From Schmidtea nova (lineage: Eukaryota): a DNA stretch of 64,000 nt. The stretch covers positions 240,622,001 through 240,686,000 of the forward strand of contig CM097882.1 in the NCBI GenBank assembly GCA_044892505.1. Reading direction: 5' to 3'. Below, piece after piece: positions 59,140 to 64,000 of the stretch (within the stretch, counting starts at the first letter, position 1; each line of letters begins with the position of its first letter). The position numbers were made by a program, and so were the translations under genes. The notes beneath the pieces were generated by a model. It was given only the letters and a program-made list of their open reading frames with translations, had not been told where the DNA came from and did not search any database.

Positions 59140-61050
59140 GCACAAAGCGGCATGTATTTAAACAAGCATATTAATGACGTGGAAAGATTGAAACTTTTAA
59201 AAATCCACTGGGTACCCAGTATAGAATATAATTTCAAAAAGGACGTAAATACTACTGAAAAACGAGCATTTCGTCTGGAATGGTTAACAATTCATCCTTG
59301 GATAGGTTACTCTGCCGCTACAAAAGGCCCATTTTGCCGCTTGTGTGTATTGTTTCAACCTGTAATGCATTGCAGTTTATTTGGAGCATTAATTGTAAAG
59401 CCATGCGTTCAAATATATGAAATTTAATGAATGGGCAAAAGGTCATGCATCCACCCAATGACATCGTGATGCAATGAAACAATCAGAAAATGTTCTTAGA
59501 GTAGCATCAGGAAAACAAGCAGACGTATATCAGCTTTTAAACAGTGCTAAGAAATTGATGCTAAATGAGTGAAATTTCGATCTATAATAGCTTCGATGGT
59601 TTTTTGTGCGTGTCATGATCTTCCTTTTCGTTGCAAAACTGACGATGGGGCTGTATACATAGACTTACTTCATTTTTGAGTGAATTCTGGAGATAAAATT
59701 TTGCAAAAACACTTGGAATCAGGGGCTAAGAATGCATTATATATCTCATCAGTCCCAAAATGAAATTATTGATGCTCTACAAAGTTCGTTGAGAGAAACA
59801 TAGATTAATGAAGTTAAAGAAGCTCAAGTTTTCTCTGTTCTAGCTGATGAAACTGCTGACATTGCAGGGATAGAACAGATATCAATTGGAATTCGTTACT
59901 GATATAAAGATGAAAATGATATATTCAAAGTCATGAAGAATTTATGGGATTTTCTTCTCTATCTGACTTAGATGCCAGATCTATATGTAAGGTAATAATG
60001 AAGACAATACAAGATTTAGTTTTACATCTTAACCTTTTGGTTGGTCAAGGATACGATTGATGTGTTACAATGTCTGGTCAAAACGGTCAATACGAGTCTT
60101 ATACCCAAAAGCAATTTTCTTTCATTGCGCAAGCCATCCTTTAAATCTCGTGATTAATGACACAAACAAAGTGAATGAAATTAGAAATACCGTTGGGACA
60201 ATTAAGGAAATAATACACTTTTTCCGGGAATCTACTCTACGAAGAAATACGGTTACCAATATTCATTACTATGTGAAACTCGCTGGTCTGCCAAACATAA
60301 AGAAATAAAAATTTTTAAAGAAAAATTTAAAGAAATAATTTCTGCTTTGGAAAATATTGCTGAAAATGGAAACTCACAAACAAGGCAAAAGGCACACATG
60401 CTTTACACTGCAGCAACTAATAGTATTTTTGTAGTAGCACTACACACAATTGCTTTATATTCATCAAAATTAGAACCAGTTACTACTGCGTTGCAAGAAT
60501 TTCAACTGGACCTGCAATCTCTCAATGCAGAAATTGGCAAGCTAATGAAGATTTTCCATCGCCACAGAGAACATGCAGAAGAAAATTTCAAACTTATCTT
60601 TCAAGATATTAAAAAATAATGTGACTTAATGAATATTGACCTTAAATTACCCCGTATTGGGAAGATAATGGCACACAAATACAATCAACCAGCAGATTCT
60701 ATTGAGGAGTATTTTAGAACATCAATATTCATTCCTTATTTAGATTCGATTATTTGTGCCTTGAATGAGCGTTTTTCTGATACCCATAGTACACCATTCT
60801 CGCTTTTGCAACTGTAACCGCGAGAAATGAAATTGTTGACAAAAACTGATTTTTTAAATATTGCAACAAATTTGGAACAGTTTTATGGAAATTTTCTTAT
60901 GGATAACTTTATTAGTGAAGCTTGTACATGGTATGAAACTTGGGCCGAAGATGACGTGGATACATCAAAGGTGGAATATATAGATTTATTAGATAAGGCT
61001 AAAAGATTTTATCCTTCAATTTTTTAAGCTATTAAAATTGGCCTCACTCT
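59140..61050 (+). mobile_element. Decayed hAT transposase (ZMYM1/P52rIPK-like)
   Basis: TTF-type zinc finger (WL..HPWIGYS...GPFCRLCVLF), FSVLADETADIAGIEQISI.IRY, GQGYD, FHCASHPLNLVIND, YFRTSIFIPYLD..L.ERFS; many stops. Confidence 0.88.
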
Positions 61051-61108
<58 letters not shown>

Positions 61109-62259
61109 GCTTCTCATGAATAAATTTATGAATAAAATTATTTAAAAAAATTAATTTTTGAATTAATTATGTTTTTGCAACTTTCTAAGAAAATCAAGCA
61201 AATATTACAAAGATCTAAATAAATATGATCATTATTTATCAATATATTTGCTCACTATAATTTAGATGAATTATTTCTATTCTTGAGGCTAGATTTTCGT
61301 TCAAATTAAAATTTTTACACCATTTTTACATGATTTTATTACACAATTTTACCATATTCAATTTGCTATAAGCACAGTATCTTTTCGTAACGCCCGTGAA
61401 ACTATTGTTTGTAAGCTGGACATTTATAAATCGATCCAGATGTATTTATCTAGCTGGCAAGTGTATTTGTCTGCATATCACAAATGTGTTTGTGTGTATG
61501 ACTTGAATTCTTAATACAATGTTATGCTTTTACTTAGTAAAAAAATTTACTAGGATATATTTTAAAAATATAATAATTGATTCACTTGTAATTGACTGCA
61601 TGTTACAAATTTGTATGCATGAATATGTTTTAGGCTACACATTTCTCTGCTTATGGAAGATTCGAATTCAAAATGTTGTATATATTACAGCAGACAAATG
61701 AACGAACTTTCATTGAATATGAAAGTTATTCTGCAGAATGATGTAAACAAGGGAGTGTTGAATGATTTTAATTAATTAAGACATTTGAACAAGATCAATG
61801 TGTATTTTTATTGTTTTTCTAGTAAATGATTAAAGATATGTCAAATTAATTAATTTTGAATAAAAACCTTTAATTTGAAAATTAAAAATAAACCTAAAAC
61901 TTTTAAGTTTATAGAAATGTACTGTCTATATATATATATGTGTGTGTATTCTTAGCCCTTGGTATTAAAAATTAAAATGCGCCTTCAAAATGCTTTCAGA
62001 TTTTTTATTTAAAAAATTGAAAAAATGCTCAATTTTAAAAACAAAAATTGTATTTTTCAATTAATAAATTATTCATTTTGAAAGAAGAAAATATTTTCAA
62101 TAATGTAATTTAGAGAAATAAAGAGAATAAAAAAATATAATAAAAAAAAGAATAAATGTTAAAAGAATAAGCTGAATGCAGTTCTTTCATAATATAAATT
62201 AAGATATTAAATAATATTGTTTCAGGCTGTTGTGCGCTACATTTATACCAGCCTATGTT

Positions 62260-62348
62260 GCGTCTGTGTGCGCGTAGTTGAAATTCTTTTTGGTCTCGCG
62301 TCTGTGTGCGCATTTCTTAATTTTGGGTTCATATGCGTCTGTGTGCGC
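62260..62348 (+). repeat. Three GCGTCTGTGTGCGC motifs spaced 37-38 bp
   Basis: At 62260, 62298 and 62335. Confidence 0.85.
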
Positions 62349-62699
62349 ATTTCTGGATTTTATTCTATGTACATCAACAATCCAATGCTTCTTTTGATGA
62401 TTTCAGTTTAAAGGGAAGGGAGGGAAGGTGTGTCCCGTGGGGTTGGAAGGTTAAAAAACGTAATACAAATTTTCATAAAAACTTTAGTAGAAAAAACGAT
62501 TACGATGGAAGTTAAATCCTTAGAAAGAGGGGATCTCATCGAGTCACCAGCGTTGAATATTTGATGGGAAAAAATTATAAGATGGTTGTAAATTGTCTCT
62601 ATATAATATAAAAATGGGTTCAACCCTACATTTAAGTTTAGGGTTGAATGGGGGAAGTCCTTTAATCGATGCTGAGTTTGAGGTAGGATATAAAAAGCA

Positions 62700-63770
62700 A
62701 ACTGGTTTAAAAATAGCGTTAGGGCGTCTTCGTAATAAGGAGCTAGCTGAGTCAGTGGATTCCACTAAAGAACAAAATTGAAGAGAAGCGTATGGTGATA
62801 TATATGAAGAAGTGGTGACAAAATTAGAAAAGCTAAAGAAGCAAACTCGGGAATTAGAGAGAGTAAGCCAACTAAAAGATATTGAGAGAGATCTCGAACG
62901 ATTGGAAGCGGAATTTAACGGAATAGGAGAGCTTGCATTCAGTAAAAAAGAAGAGAGTATTAAAATGGAATCATTTAAGATTGGGGAACAATCTTTTAAG
63001 ATTGAGAAGATTAATAAAAGACCAAAACTGTTGGTAGGGTTGAAACCCTTACAGCTTCCGGTATTCAATGGAAAGATCATGGAGTATTCTGGATGGCGAG
63101 CAATTGTGAGAGCCTGCATCAAGGACACATATGAAAAGCAAGCGAAAGGAAATACCTGTACTTAAGACAGTATTTGGAAGGGAAACCTCTGCAATTAATT
63201 GCTTTTATCGGATATGGCTCTCAGGCTTTTGAAGCGGCAATAAAACTATTGGATGAGAGATATGGTGGACCAGAACGATCATATTCAATGATGCTGGACG
63301 CGGTACAGAGGTTCTTTCCAGTGAGGCTCAATGTATTGGAAGAAATAAAACGGTTTGAAGAGCTACTGGGAAATATCATCCTGACATTCTAGGACCAAAA
63401 AAAGAGAAGGAGAGTTAAACGATGGAATCCTGTATCACCAATTGTTGAAAAAGTTACCGGAAACCATGTTAATACAGTGGGCATGAAATTGTGAGTCAGG
63501 GAATGAGGCAAACGTAAAAACGTTATCGAAATGGGTCAAAAAAGAAGCTGACAGGCATCGCAAAGCTTTGAACATCCTGTTTGGAGGAAGTAGAAAAGAA
63601 GTTGAAAATAGGAAGAAGTTCACAAATTTTGTGGATAAATATCCGAAGGTAGAAGCTGGTGGAGAACAAATAACGATACCTAGATGTAAGAATCAAAATG
63701 AGAACATGTCAATGGTGACTTGTTGCAAGATTAACTCCTCTCAGATGGACATGTCTGGGAAAGATCAATA
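62700..63770 (+). mobile_element. Decayed BEL/Pao gag
   Basis: LKPLQLPVFNGKIMEYSGW..LEGKPLQLI..FEAAIKLLDERYG (DUF1759-like). Confidence 0.8.
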
Positions 63771-64000
63771 GGGATCAAGCTCCGTGACACTCCCATTTTG
63801 TCCGCAGTTACTTTTCTAAAGTATAATGGTTGGACAACCAGTTATGGCAATTTTGGGAAATTGAAGAAACACATACGGAAAAAATTAAGTTTTGTCAAAA
63901 TGAAGATAACACAATAAAGGAAAATATTGCTGGTGAAATGGTTGACAACTCTGGGTCTGTTGGTATTTCAAACAAAAATGAAATAAATACTACTTCAAAC

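Overview
AT-rich, repeat-dominated eukaryotic DNA with six N gaps and no intact host gene that I can recognise. It is most likely from a freshwater planarian: three genomic copies match the Schmidtea/Dugesia 42-43 nt spliced leader (SL) as I recall it from the literature. (1) A complete 18.3-kb Polinton/Maverick (adintovirus-like) provirus lies at 23912-42185. It has AGTAG..CTACT ends, a 6-bp TSD TATTTG, ~1.9-kb gene-containing TIRs, and ATPase, integrase, minor and major capsid, adenain protease and pPolB genes. It also has a TBP-like gene, several short spliceosomal introns and a nested foldback insertion. (2) A related, rearranged Polinton (1-7035) has a truncated integrase fused to an inverted duplication (copy-back-like), an intact TBP-like gene and a TNFR-like cargo ORF; its end abuts a Penelope fragment. 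(3) Host-mRNA-derived fragments (boule, PME-1, PSMA4, NAE1, EF2, ARF, unidentified pieces) are interleaved with strand-biased T/G-rich tracts. Three of them begin with a spliced leader that is itself preceded by a shared conserved upstream module. (4) Gypsy, BEL/Pao and hAT relics and MITEs fill much of the rest. The best candidates for novelty are the module+SL+mRNA cassettes and the Polinton-encoded TBP-like protein with its ATTGG-N20/21-TATA promoters. All family assignments are from motif recognition by eye; no database search was run.
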